NCBI GenBank assembly: GCA_964604745.1
Contig: CAZSAW010000080.1
Coordinates: forward strand, 12,245 to 76,244
Length of the DNA: 64,000 bases
Reading direction: 5' to 3'
From: an uncultured Hyphomicrobiales bacterium
GTDB lineage: Bacteria > Pseudomonadota > Alphaproteobacteria > Rhizobiales > Xanthobacteraceae
Shown here: positions 28,267 to 37,482 of the stretch, one piece after another
Position numbering within the stretch: position 1 is the stretch's first letter
Layout: each line of letters begins with the position of its first letter
The notes under the pieces: generated by a model
Databases searched by the model: none
What the model was told of the DNA's origin: nothing
Seen by the model: the letters and a program-made list of their open reading frames with translations, nothing else
Position numbers and translations under genes: made by a program

Positions 28267-29396
28267 CGGGTGAACACCATGGCGGGGTCGATGCGCGTCA
28301 CTTTTACGATCGCGGCGATGGCGGAGACGACGCACATGACGACGGTGAGTCCGAACAATCCGACCGCCAGTTCGGGCGTAATGACGATCGGCAATGCGCT
28401 CGATGCGGTCGCTTCGACGATCAGCGCACCGATGCCGGCGGCGATGCTGAATCCGATCACGGCGCTGAGCAGCGCCTGCCATACGATCACGTTATGGATG
28501 TAGCGCGCCGAGGAGCCGATGGCGCGCAGGGTGGCGAATTCGTTGATGTGATCCTTCGTGCTGGAATAGAGCGTCTGCGCGACGATCACGGTGCCGACGA
28601 TGACGCCGAGCAGAGCGCCGGCAAACAGCGCGGCGCCGGCGCCGGTATCGAACAGCCAGAAGGAGCGACTGCGGTCGCTGAATTCCGCCGGCGTCAGCAC
28701 TTCGACGTCGGAGATGTTGGAGAGGATTTGCTGCCGCGCCGTCTCGACGTCGACATTGGGCGCGAGGCGAACGAGGAAATAGGTGGCCTTGCCCGAGGAC
28801 ACACCGGTATAGGCGCGTGCTCGTTCGAGCGACATAAAGACGTATGGCGTGGTGGTGAAGGAGCGGATGCCGCTCGTCACCGCCGCCACGCGCACCTTCT
28901 GGGAGCGGATTTCGGCATTGGCGCCGAGGCCGGAAATACCGAGGCGTTCGAAATAGGATTGATCGACCGCCACCGCGCTCGGCACCGACAGCGCCTCGAT
29001 CCGGCCATCGACGAGATTCCACGGCCGCAACGCGCCAGCCTTGAGATCGGAGCCGACGACAAAGACGGGTGTCGTCGTGCCGCTCGGCATGCGCCAGTCG
29101 GCAAAACCGATGACGAGCGGTGAGGCTTCGGTCACGCCCTTGATGGCGAGCGCGCGAAAGCGCTTGCGTTCGTCGAGCAGGGACGGATCCTCGAAGCACT
29201 TCGTCCCGCGCGGCATGACCCACAGGTCGGCCGAGGCATGATCGATCATGGTCGTGACCATGCGGCCGAAGCCGAGATAGAGCCCCATCTGCACCATCAC
29301 GAGCACGATGGAAAAAACGATGCCGATGACGGTAGCGATGAAACGCAGCCGGTCGTGAAACAGGTTTCGAGACGCCAGCTTGAAGGCCAGGGACAT
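28263..29396 (-). CDS. ABC transporter permease (DevC/FtsX/MacB-type)
   Basis: TM1, large periplasmic domain, then 3 TMs; 'EFATLRAIG'. Confidence 0.92.
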   Translation of the reverse strand: MSLAFKLASRNLFHDRLRFIATVIGIVFSIVLVMVQMGLYLGFGRMVTTMIDHASADLWVMPRGTKCFEDPSLLDERKRFRALAIKGVTEASPLVIGFADWRMPSGTTTPVFVVGSDLKAGALRPWNLVDGRIEALSVPSAVAVDQSYFERLGISGLGANAEIRSQKVRVAAVTSGIRSFTTTPYVFMSLERARAYTGVSSGKATYFLVRLAPNVDVETARQQILSNISDVEVLTPAEFSDRSRSFWLFDTGAGAALFAGALLGVIVGTVIVAQTLYSSTKDHINEFATLRAIGSSARYIHNVIVWQALLSAVIGFSIAAGIGALIVEATASSALPIVITPELAVGLFGLTVVMCVVSAIAAIVKVTRIDPAMVFTR

Positions 29397-29427
29397 GGCT
29401 GCTCTCTCGACCTGCGCGGTTCTGCGG

Positions 29428-30615
29428 CTAACTCTTTTCGCCGATCAGCCGCGCGCCGAAGGGAATACCGCGCATGGCCGTGATGGTGGCCCAGCTCAGG
29501 AGCAGAGTCAGGCAGAACACGATAGCGACCTTGATCACGGCAAATATCTCCCGGCCGAACAAGGCGTATTGCAGCCATACGACGAATACATAATGCACGA
29601 GATAGAGGCCATAGGCCTTTTCCGACAGGCTGTCGAACACAGGCACGCGCTTGCGGCCGAAGCGGACGAAGACCGCGAGGACGGCGAAGCAGCCGGTCGC
29701 GCAGGCAATGACGAACGCAGCGGCGGCGGCGAGCTTGAATCCGAGCGGTGAGGCATCCCAATTGTCGATGATCAAGCTCGTCGCCCCGAGCCAGAGCACA
29801 AAGGCGGCGCCCGCCGCCGCGAGCCAGATTTTCCAGCGCCGCGCCAGCGTGCCGTCGCTTGCAAGCAGTCCGCGGTCGAGACCGTGCGCGCCCACGGCAA
29901 TCCCGGCAAAGAAATAGACAAGATAATGCAGTGGCCGGCTCAGCTGGAATCCGAAGGCCGTCGTCAGCGACCATGACCAGGGATCGACAACCAGCACGAG
30001 GGGCACGTAGGCGACGGCCGAGGCGGTCAGCAACGCGATGAAAAAACCGGCCGGATGTGTGCGCGCCGACGATGCCAGCCGCGTCAAATGGTCGCCCGTC
30101 TGCGGCATCAGGCGATAGACGGCGGCAGCGACGATGTTCAGCGCGAGAAGCTGCCACAGAAACCATTGCGGTCCGCACGGCCAGAATGGCAGCGCGAGGA
30201 GATGTTGCCAGTAGCCGGCAACGCTCGGATCGGCGGCGGTGACGGCGTAGCTCGGATAATAAGCAACCGGCATCAGCAGCGCGATCGCGAGCACGAACGG
30301 AACGCCGATGCGCCAGAGGCGGTCGGCGAGAAACTGTCCGCTGCCCTTGCGCTTGAGGCTTGGCCATACAAACAGGCCGGACAGGAAGAAGAAGATCGAC
30401 ATCAGGCACACGTCCTGCCAGGCACAGAAAATGTCGAACGGTGCGAAGCGGCTGTTGTCGACGAGCGCGAAGGCCTGCCATTCGTAAGGCGGCGCATCGA
30501 AGGGGTAGGGGCCCGGCGGCAGGAAGGCGAGATAAGGCAGCATCGCGTGGAACGCGAGCACGATCACGATCGTCATCGCGCGCAGATTGCTGAGGGCGAG
30601 GCTCGCTCCGGACAT
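29428..30615 (-). CDS. Acyltransferase family 3 (OpgC/MdoC-like membrane O-acyltransferase)
   Basis: 'LSNLRA...VLAFH', 'FFFLSGLF', 'DRLWRIGVP', 'PQWFLWQLL', 'AYGLYLVHY'; about 10 TM. Confidence 0.88.
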   Translation of the reverse strand: MSGASLALSNLRAMTIVIVLAFHAMLPYLAFLPPGPYPFDAPPYEWQAFALVDNSRFAPFDIFCAWQDVCLMSIFFFLSGLFVWPSLKRKGSGQFLADRLWRIGVPFVLAIALLMPVAYYPSYAVTAADPSVAGYWQHLLALPFWPCGPQWFLWQLLALNIVAAAVYRLMPQTGDHLTRLASSARTHPAGFFIALLTASAVAYVPLVLVVDPWSWSLTTAFGFQLSRPLHYLVYFFAGIAVGAHGLDRGLLASDGTLARRWKIWLAAAGAAFVLWLGATSLIIDNWDASPLGFKLAAAAAFVIACATGCFAVLAVFVRFGRKRVPVFDSLSEKAYGLYLVHYVFVVWLQYALFGREIFAVIKVAIVFCLTLLLSWATITAMRGIPFGARLIGEKS

Positions 30616-30897
30616 GCCTGCAAACAACTCCAATGCCGGGCCGCCGCCGGTCGCACGCGTGCCCTTCCGCTCGGGAAAGTTTCCTTGAACCCCCGCCCGA
30701 AGGTATCGGTTTCTTCCGCTGAAATGAATTGATTCTCAGAGGGCAAGAGGGACTTGGTTAAGTCAGAAAGCGCCCTGCGCCGGCGGAACTCCTATGGGCT
30801 GCGTGCATTTTCGCGGAGACCGCGGTGTCAACAGAAAGGCCACATTGTGGGGCTAGCTCGCGCGCGCTGGTATGATTATCTGTCCCGGACAGGGAGG

Positions 30898-31491
30898 ATG
30901 TTCGCCTTGAAGACGCATCTCGCATCATTGATTTTTGTCGCGTTGAGCGCGCTCGCTGCCGGAATGGTTCCCGCCGCGGCGCAGACCCCGACCGTCACCG
31001 GCCTGTGGCAGAAGGTCGAAGACGGCAAGCCGGTCGGCTGGTTTCTTTTCGTCGATCAGGGCGGCGTCTACGAAGGCGCGTTCGCCAAGATGTTTTTCCG
31101 TCCGGGCGAGAATACCAATCCGGTCTGCAGCCGCTGCACCGACGACCGGCGCAATCAGCCGATGCTCGGTCTGACATTCGTCCGCGGCATGCAGCGCAAC
31201 GGACTCAAATACGAAAACGGCAACATCCTCGATCCGCGCGACGGCAAGATCTACAACGCGGTGATGACGCTGAGTCCCGACGGCAATACGCTGACGGTGC
31301 GCGGCTTCCTCGGCATTCCGCTGTTCGGCATGGATGAAGTGTGGACGCGTCTGCCCAACAGCGAGCTGAGCAAGGTCGACCCCGCCGTGCTGGCCAAGTT
31401 TCCGACGATCCAGAGCCTCATTCCCGTGTCGGCATCGCCGGCGCGCCCGGCACCGCGGCCCGCGCCGAAACCGCAGGCCCCGGTACGATAA
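30898..31491 (+). CDS. DUF2147 family secreted protein
   Basis: GGGAGG RBS, signal peptide, 'GLW', '[11 protein letters not shown]', '[13 protein letters not shown]...WTR'; Pro-rich tail. Confidence 0.88.
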   Translation: MFALKTHLASLIFVALSALAAGMVPAAAQTPTVTGLWQKVEDGKPVGWFLFVDQGGVYEGAFAKMFFRPGENTNPVCSRCTDDRRNQPMLGLTFVRGMQRNGLKYENGNILDPRDGKIYNAVMTLSPDGNTLTVRGFLGIPLFGMDEVWTRLPNSELSKVDPAVLAKFPTIQSLIPVSASPARPAPRPAPKPQAPVR

Positions 31492-31559
31492 CGCCACCGC
31501 GCGACTGCATCATGGCCGGGCTCGTCCCGGCCATTTTGCGTTGCCCAGGAAAACGAATG

Positions 31560-32621
31560 TCAGCGCACCTTGCCGCGGGCGGCGACAGGATAGACCGCTT
31601 CGATCGTTCCCGCGCGATGGCCGTAGATTTCGTCGACCATGTTGGTGACGACGCAGCAATGGTTCGGAATGACGTTCAGGACCTCGCCAACTTTCGGCTT
31701 CGTCCGGCATTGCGACAGATCGAGCACGCCGTGCTCCTCCGACAGCCCGGTGACGATCGCATCCGGATACTCCACCGCGCGGCCAAAATTCTTCAGTTCG
31801 TATTGTTCGTGCGTCAGCACCTTTGAACCGGCGTCGAACACCGCGCGGTCCTCGGTTGGCCGGCTGACGACGGTCGTGCGCACGGTCATGGCGCAATCGT
31901 CGAGCGTCGCCGCGCCGCGATTGACCTGCATCAGGTCGTTGAAAATGTATGTCCCCAGGCGATGCTCGGTCAGCATCGGCACCTGCTCGACCAGATTGAA
32001 AGCGGGCGTTCCGCCGCCGGAGACGACCGGCACCGGGATGCCCGCGCCGCCGAACAATTGCAGGGTGCGTTCGAAGAATTGCCGCGTCGTCGGCACCGTC
32101 AGCGGATAGGTCATCAGCCCTTCGAACTGCATCCCCGGCATCTTCATCGCTGCCTTGGCGAGATCGAGTGCGGCCTGCGGGCTCTGCACCCCGTTGCGGT
32201 TGCCGCCGGTGTCACATTCGACGAGGAAGCGGATATCGACGCCGTTGCGGACGGCGGCGGCGGAGAGATCACGCGCCACCGTTTCATTGTCGAGCACGAC
32301 CGCCATGCGCTTCAGGCGCCGGACGAGGGCGGCAAGACGGTCGCCCTTGGCGCCGCCGATCACGTTGTAGGTCAGGAGGATATCGTCCGCGACCCCGGCA
32401 TCGGCAAAGACCTCGGCCTCTCCGAGCTTCTGGCAGGTGATTCCGATCGCGCCGGCATCCATCTGCATCTTCGCAAGCGCCGGAATCTTATGTGTTTTGA
32501 TGTGGGGCCGGTTGGCGACGCCGAGCGCATCGAGCCGCTCCTGTGCGCGGCGGATATTGGCCTGCACGATGTCGAGATCGATGGTGACGGCGGGCGTGTC
32601 GAGATCGGCGACAACGGGCAT
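31560..32621 (-). CDS. PLP-dependent D-threonine aldolase / DSD1 family enzyme (fold type III)
   Basis: 'LDTPAVTIDL', 'RPHIKTHK' (PLP Lys), 'CQKLGEAE', 'SGGGTP', 'EEHG', 'PNHCC'. Confidence 0.9.
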   Translation of the reverse strand: MPVVADLDTPAVTIDLDIVQANIRRAQERLDALGVANRPHIKTHKIPALAKMQMDAGAIGITCQKLGEAEVFADAGVADDILLTYNVIGGAKGDRLAALVRRLKRMAVVLDNETVARDLSAAAVRNGVDIRFLVECDTGGNRNGVQSPQAALDLAKAAMKMPGMQFEGLMTYPLTVPTTRQFFERTLQLFGGAGIPVPVVSGGGTPAFNLVEQVPMLTEHRLGTYIFNDLMQVNRGAATLDDCAMTVRTTVVSRPTEDRAVFDAGSKVLTHEQYELKNFGRAVEYPDAIVTGLSEEHGVLDLSQCRTKPKVGEVLNVIPNHCCVVTNMVDEIYGHRAGTIEAVYPVAARGKVR

Positions 32622-32681
32622 GGGCAACCCTCAATAGGATCAATGGCGGACGTCCCCCGGTCGGCGGCACGTCGGAAGTGC

Positions 32682-32692
32682 TTGTAATACAA
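32682..32692. promoter_or_regulatory. Putative GntR/FadR-family operator
   Basis: Perfect palindrome TTGTA-A-TACAA centred in the divergent intergenic region. Confidence 0.6.
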
Positions 32693-32758
32693 AAAGCCCT
32701 GTGGTTCATAATAGTCACAATAAGAATCCGACAAGGACTGCCACCAAGGGAGGATCTA

Positions 32759-33754
32759 ATGAAGATCAGGCACATTGCCGCGATCGCGGCGACTTTTGCG
32801 TTTGCGCTTGGACTGTCCACGGGCGCGCAGGCGCAGCGCGTTTTCAGCTTTGGCTACGACCAGCCCAAGACGACCGCCTACGGCATCGCCGGCGACATCT
32901 TCGACGCCAAGCTCAAGGAATTGAGCGGCGGCAAGATGAGCATCAATCAGTTCCCCGGCGCGCAGCTCGGTCAGGAACCGCAGATGCTGCAGAAGCTGCG
33001 GGCGGGCGACATCGATTTCATCATCACCTCGACGGCGAATGCCTCGAGCGTCGCGCCGCAGGCCGGCGTGTTCTCGCTGCACTATCTGTTCCGCGACCAG
33101 AACCATCTCGCCAAGACGCTGGCCGATCCGGGCGTGTCGAAGGCGTTCCGCGACATGATCAAGGATTCGGTGCAGGGCGCGCAGGTGATCGGCCTGCTCA
33201 CGATGGGCCTGCGCAGCATGTACAGCAAGAAAGAGATCACGAAGCTCGATGACGTGAAGGGCCAGAAGGTCCGCGTGCAGGCGACCAAGACGGAAGACAC
33301 GCACTTCCCGGCCTACGGGGCGCAGACGGTGCACATGCCGTTCGGCGAGGTCTATACGTCCTTGCAGACAGGCGTCGTGAACATCGCCGAGAACGGCGTC
33401 AACGTTTACATGGCCAACAAGCATTACGAAGTGGCTCCGGTCCTCTCGATGACCGAGCACGAAGCCAACAACAACTGCATCTGGGTTTCGGACAAGACCT
33501 GGAACAGCCTGACCGATCAGGAAAAGCAGTGGGTGCAGACGGCCGCCGACGAAGTATCGAAGAAGGAGCCCGCGCTCGGCCTCAAGCTTGAATCCGACTC
33601 GGCCGCCAAGCTCAAGACGATGGGCGTGAAGGTCGTTGAAAAGGTCGACAAGTCCGGCTTCATCAAGGCAGCGGAGCCGATCCAGGACCAGCTTGCGAAG
33701 GAACTCGGCCCGCATGCCGAGAAGATCCTCAAGCTTGTGCGCGACGTGAAATAA
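32759..33754 (+). CDS. dctP: TRAP substrate-binding protein (DctP family)
   Basis: GGGAGG RBS, signal peptide, 'AQLGQEPQML', 'KVRVQ', 'MPFGEVYTSLQTGVV.IAEN'. Confidence 0.93.
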   Translation: MKIRHIAAIAATFAFALGLSTGAQAQRVFSFGYDQPKTTAYGIAGDIFDAKLKELSGGKMSINQFPGAQLGQEPQMLQKLRAGDIDFIITSTANASSVAPQAGVFSLHYLFRDQNHLAKTLADPGVSKAFRDMIKDSVQGAQVIGLLTMGLRSMYSKKEITKLDDVKGQKVRVQATKTEDTHFPAYGAQTVHMPFGEVYTSLQTGVVNIAENGVNVYMANKHYEVAPVLSMTEHEANNNCIWVSDKTWNSLTDQEKQWVQTAADEVSKKEPALGLKLESDSAAKLKTMGVKVVEKVDKSGFIKAAEPIQDQLAKELGPHAEKILKLVRDVK

Positions 33755-33769
33755 CGAACGCGACGATCC

Positions 33770-33797
33770 GGACGGCAGCGCTACAGCGCTGCCGTCC
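33770..33797. other. Stem-loop between dctP and dctQ
   Basis: GGACGGCAGCGC-taca-GCGCTGCCGTCC perfect 12-bp stem, no U-tract. Confidence 0.7.
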
Positions 33798-33818
33798 CAT
33801 TGTCCTTGGGGGGAAGAC

Positions 33819-34397
33819 GTGGCTGGGAAAAGCTACGCCGAGACGTTCGCGATCAATCGCGCTTTGGTGATTCAGCGCTACCGTCACCTGAAGTGGCCGG
33901 CGCTCGATGCTCTGGAAGCAGCGCTGATGGTCCTGTGCGGCGTCTGCATGGGCGGCTTCTGCGCGAGCGTATTGCTCGACGTTGTCACGCGCGAAATCGG
34001 CGCGCCGTGGCTCTGGCTGCAAGAGGTTACAACCGGATTTTTCGCCTGGGGCGTGTTTGTCGGCATGGCGGCCGCAACCCGCCGCAACGATCACATTTAC
34101 CTCGCTGAAATCACCAAGCAGATGACCGGCTCGGCCCGGACCGGGATGGAGCTTTTCACACGCTTTGTCGTGCTCGTGGTGGCGGTGTGCATGGTGTGGT
34201 TCGGCATCAAGAACGCGCTTCTTGATCTCGGCAGCTTCCGCATGCCGTCACTCATTCCGTTGACCTATTACACCGCAAGCGTGCCGTTGTCCGGCCTGCT
34301 GATTGCGATCTTCAGCATCGAGCAGATGGTCAACGGCTATAATCATGGCTTCGAAGGCCCCGAGGATCACGAATTGATAGCGGAGCCGACCGAATGA
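33819..34397 (+). CDS. dctQ: TRAP small permease (DctQ)
   Basis: 4 TM; 'WLQEV...FAWGVFVG', 'HIYL', 'P....TASVP'. Confidence 0.88.
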   Translation: MAGKSYAETFAINRALVIQRYRHLKWPALDALEAALMVLCGVCMGGFCASVLLDVVTREIGAPWLWLQEVTTGFFAWGVFVGMAAATRRNDHIYLAEITKQMTGSARTGMELFTRFVVLVVAVCMVWFGIKNALLDLGSFRMPSLIPLTYYTASVPLSGLLIAIFSIEQMVNGYNHGFEGPEDHELIAEPTE

Positions 34398-35734
34398 GCT
34401 CGACGGCGATCCTCTGCACGATGGCGCTCGTCTTTCTCGTGCTGGGCTATACCGGCGTGCCGGTGGCGTTCGCGCTCATCGCGGGCGTGCTGTTCGCAAC
34501 GCTATTCACGCCTGTCAGCTTCCAGTCGATGGTCGGCCAGCTCTTTCACGGCATCGATGCCGAGGCGCTGCTGGCGATCCCGTTCTTTCTGCTGGTCGGC
34601 GAATTGATGACGTCGGCCGACGTCACCAATCGCATGATCCGGCTCGCGCAGGTTCTTGTCGGACATCTGCGCGGTGGCCTCGCCCAGGTGGTGACGCTGT
34701 TCTCGATGTTCTTTGCCGGAATTTCCGGCTCGTCCGCGGCGGACGTGGCGGTGCTGAGTCGCACGATCGCGCCGGAAATGGACAAGGAAGGATACGATCG
34801 CGCCTTCACCGCGGCCTTGATCGCATCGGCGTCGACCATGGCGAACCTGATCCCGCCCTCGATCATGGCGGTGGTCTATGGCGCGACCGGCAACGTCTCG
34901 ATCGGCGGGCTGTTTCTCGCCGGCGTCGTGCCCGGCGTGCTGATCGGCATCGGCCTGATGGTCTACAGCTATTTCTTCGGCCCGACCGGCCGCATGAAGC
35001 AGCGCGCCAAACTGATCGATGTGTTTGTCGCCGCACGCGGCTCGGCGCTGCCGATGGTGATTCCGGTCATCATCATGGGCGGCATTCTCACCGGCTGGTT
35101 CACGCCGACCGAGGCCGGCATGGTCGCGGCGGCCTATATCATCTTCGTGCTGATCCCGCTGGTGCGGCCCCGTCACATCAAGGAACTCCCCATCGACTTC
35201 ATGTATACGGGGCTTCTTTATTCGTTGCCGCTTGCGGCAGTCGCCGGCGCCTCGGCCTTTGGCTGGATGCTTGCTTATCTGCGCGGCCCCGACACCGTCG
35301 CCGATTACATCTCGGCCTATGCAGGCACCGATCCGGCGATGATCATGTTCCTGCTGGTGCTTTTGTTTATTGTCGTCGGTGATTTCATCGACGCGGTCCC
35401 GGCAATCATCATCTTCATGCCGATCATCAATAAACTCACCGAGGTCGGCAATATCAATCCCGTCCACATGGGCGTCGTCATCATCACGACGCTGGTGTTC
35501 GGCCTGATTACTCCGCCCTACGGGTTATCGTTGTTGATTGCATCGAAATTTGTCGGCGTGCCGTTCAACCGTGCGCTGGTCCGGTCTCTGCCTCTCTACA
35601 TCGTCTTCTTTCTGACCATCGCATTCACTGTCCTGTTTCCGCAGGTGGTGCTGTGGCTGCCGAAGATGCTCCTGCCGCAATCGGTTGGCTGTTTCCCGAA
35701 TCCGAGCGGCTCAGGATATATCTGCCCGAATTAA
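34394..35734 (+). CDS. dctM: TRAP large permease (DctM)
   Basis: 'ISGSSAAD', 'LIPPSI', 'FTPTEAG', 'GLITPPYG'. Confidence 0.93.
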   Translation: MSSTAILCTMALVFLVLGYTGVPVAFALIAGVLFATLFTPVSFQSMVGQLFHGIDAEALLAIPFFLLVGELMTSADVTNRMIRLAQVLVGHLRGGLAQVVTLFSMFFAGISGSSAADVAVLSRTIAPEMDKEGYDRAFTAALIASASTMANLIPPSIMAVVYGATGNVSIGGLFLAGVVPGVLIGIGLMVYSYFFGPTGRMKQRAKLIDVFVAARGSALPMVIPVIIMGGILTGWFTPTEAGMVAAAYIIFVLIPLVRPRHIKELPIDFMYTGLLYSLPLAAVAGASAFGWMLAYLRGPDTVADYISAYAGTDPAMIMFLLVLLFIVVGDFIDAVPAIIIFMPIINKLTEVGNINPVHMGVVIITTLVFGLITPPYGLSLLIASKFVGVPFNRALVRSLPLYIVFFLTIAFTVLFPQVVLWLPKMLLPQSVGCFPNPSGSGYICPN

Positions 35735-35754
35735 GCGGGTGCGTGCGCGGCGTC

Positions 35755-36135
35755 TCAGGTGCCGTGCGTGAGCGGGACGAACGAGAAGAACAGCGCCATC
35801 ACCCACATTGCGATGGCGACAACCGACGTCCACAGCGCAAAGGTGAGATAGGTGTCGCGCAGGACCGTGGCGCTCGCCCATTGGGCATAGGCCTCGGGCG
35901 GGCGGAAATCCTTCGGGATATAAAGCCACATCTCCGTCTTGCGGTAATCCTTGGTCAGCGCCTCGCGCGACTTGTAGATCAGGATCAGCGCCATCAGCGT
36001 CGTCAGCGTTCCGCCCGCCTGAAACGACAGGCGCGGATCGAACGACATGCCGATCATGACGCAGAAGATGGCGAGAGAGCCGAAGCCGCAGGCGCGCAAG
36101 ACCGTTTCATAGGCCACTTGACGCATCAGCTCCAT
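35755..36135 (-). CDS. Hypothetical membrane protein (paralog of 36217..36579)
   Basis: 126 aa, 3 TM, 'MSFDP.L...GG', 'TEMW', 'RP....WA'. Confidence 0.75.
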   Translation of the reverse strand: MELMRQVAYETVLRACGFGSLAIFCVMIGMSFDPRLSFQAGGTLTTLMALILIYKSREALTKDYRKTEMWLYIPKDFRPPEAYAQWASATVLRDTYLTFALWTSVVAIAMWVMALFFSFVPLTHGT

Positions 36136-36216
36136 TGCCGCCCCTCGCCCGGAAAGACGTTGCCTCGTGCGAATCTATCACACGGGCCGGACCTGTCACC
36201 GCCCGGGACGGCCTCC

Positions 36217-36579
36217 TCAAACGATGGAAGCGACGAGCGAGGAGCCGTAAAGCATGCCGGCGATACCGGCTGCCAGTTTCGCGAAGCGCAGCAGCAGCGT
36301 TTCCATCTGATCGAAGGCCCAGCGGACCCCGCTGTCGCCGATCGGACGCTCGTCCGGCTCCAGCCCGCGCCAAGGCTCGGAGCGCAGGATGCGGTCCTCG
36401 CTCAAATAAAGGGCGCGGCCGAGCAAAATAACGGCGAAGAGAAGTGCAACGTGCCCGCCGATATCGAGGGCCAAGGCGGGATCGAAGCTGAACGCTACCA
36501 TCAGCGTGGCTCCCGCCAGGCAGACGAAACTCGCATCGCGGGCGATGGTAAAGAACGCGTAGCGGCTGAAAGGCTCCAT
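36217..36579 (-). CDS. Hypothetical membrane protein (paralog of 35755..36135)
   Basis: Internal ATG (MEPFSRYAF); 'FSFDP.L...GG', 'SEPW', 'RP.....WA'. Confidence 0.72.
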   Translation of the reverse strand: MEPFSRYAFFTIARDASFVCLAGATLMVAFSFDPALALDIGGHVALLFAVILLGRALYLSEDRILRSEPWRGLEPDERPIGDSGVRWAFDQMETLLLRFAKLAAGIAGMLYGSSLVASIV

Positions 36580-36723
36580 GGCCGTCTCCCTGAAAGAGAC
36601 AAAACCCCGACAACGCAAAACAAAATCTAGCAAATGCCATGCCAGAGATTGCGCACGTTGCAGGCTTCCGGCGGGAGCAACGCCGGCCACGACGCCCGGT
36701 TCCCTTCGCGCGGACCGGTCCGT

Positions 36724-37050
36724 TCAGAGTTTGGTTTGCAGAAAGTTTTCGACCGCGGGCAGCGTCAGGATCGCGGTGCCGGCAAGCCAGATCCACAGCG
36801 ACACCTGGGTCGAATCCTCCTTGGCGCCGACGACATGCTCATAGATGGCGGCGGGCACTCCGGCGAGGATAATCGTGCCGGTTGAAAGCATCAGGGAGGC
36901 GAAAATCAGGGTGAGCGACGTGCTGCCGAAGAAGAGGGGGCCGGCGAAGAACTGCGCGTAGATCAGCGTGAAGATCAGGCCGACCTGATTGAACAGGCCG
37001 TTGATCATGCCGAAAAAGGCGATGCCGATGAAATAGATGTTGCGGTTCAT
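36724..37050 (-). CDS. Hypothetical membrane protein (108 aa)
   Basis: MNRNIYFIGIAFFG...; 3 TM; ATGA overlap with the upstream gene. Confidence 0.75.
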   Translation of the reverse strand: MNRNIYFIGIAFFGMINGLFNQVGLIFTLIYAQFFAGPLFFGSTSLTLIFASLMLSTGTIILAGVPAAIYEHVVGAKEDSTQVSLWIWLAGTAILTLPAVENFLQTKL

Positions 37051-37361
37051 GGCGCGGCTCCGGCCGTGCGCGGCGCCAGATCGAGCGCGAGCAGCGTGAC
37101 GTGAAAGGCGACGCGCAGCCAGAACAGCCACACGACGGTGAACAGCCAGACGATGACGGGCACGCACGCCTTTGGCGTCACCCAGGAAAAGACGGCGATG
37201 ACGGGATCGGTGACGCGGCAGAAAAAGCGCCAGATGTAATTCTGCGATTCCGGCGCGACGGCGAGGCCGAGCAGAACGCGCCCGAGCACCGTGTACATCA
37301 GCGCAGCCAGAATGAAATTGGGGACGTGGTAGTACCAATAGCTGGCGGCCGAGAGGTTCAT
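37047..37361 (-). CDS. YggT-like small membrane protein
   Basis: 'NFILAALMYT.LGR', 'NYIWRFFCRVTDPVI', resembling the YggT core. Confidence 0.65.
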   Translation of the reverse strand: MNLSAASYWYYHVPNFILAALMYTVLGRVLLGLAVAPESQNYIWRFFCRVTDPVIAVFSWVTPKACVPVIVWLFTVVWLFWLRVAFHVTLLALDLAPRTAGAAP

Positions 37362-37430
37362 CGCCGATCCATCCAACGCAAAGGCACAATGGCGGGGCAG
37401 AGCAGAGGGAGCAAGCGCTTTCACTCCGTG

Positions 37431-37458
37431 AAAAAAAGCGGGGCCCGTAGGCCCCGCT
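37431..37458 (-). terminator. Rho-independent terminator of the symporter operon
   Basis: Minus strand AGCGGGGCC-tacg-GGCCCCGCT followed by a T-run, just after the symporter stop. Confidence 0.85.
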
Positions 37459-37482
37459 TCGATCGTGACCGGAGCGAACCGG

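Noticed and set aside
27150-29123. 657-aa plus-strand ORF
   Set aside because: Antisense shadow of the ABC exporter genes.
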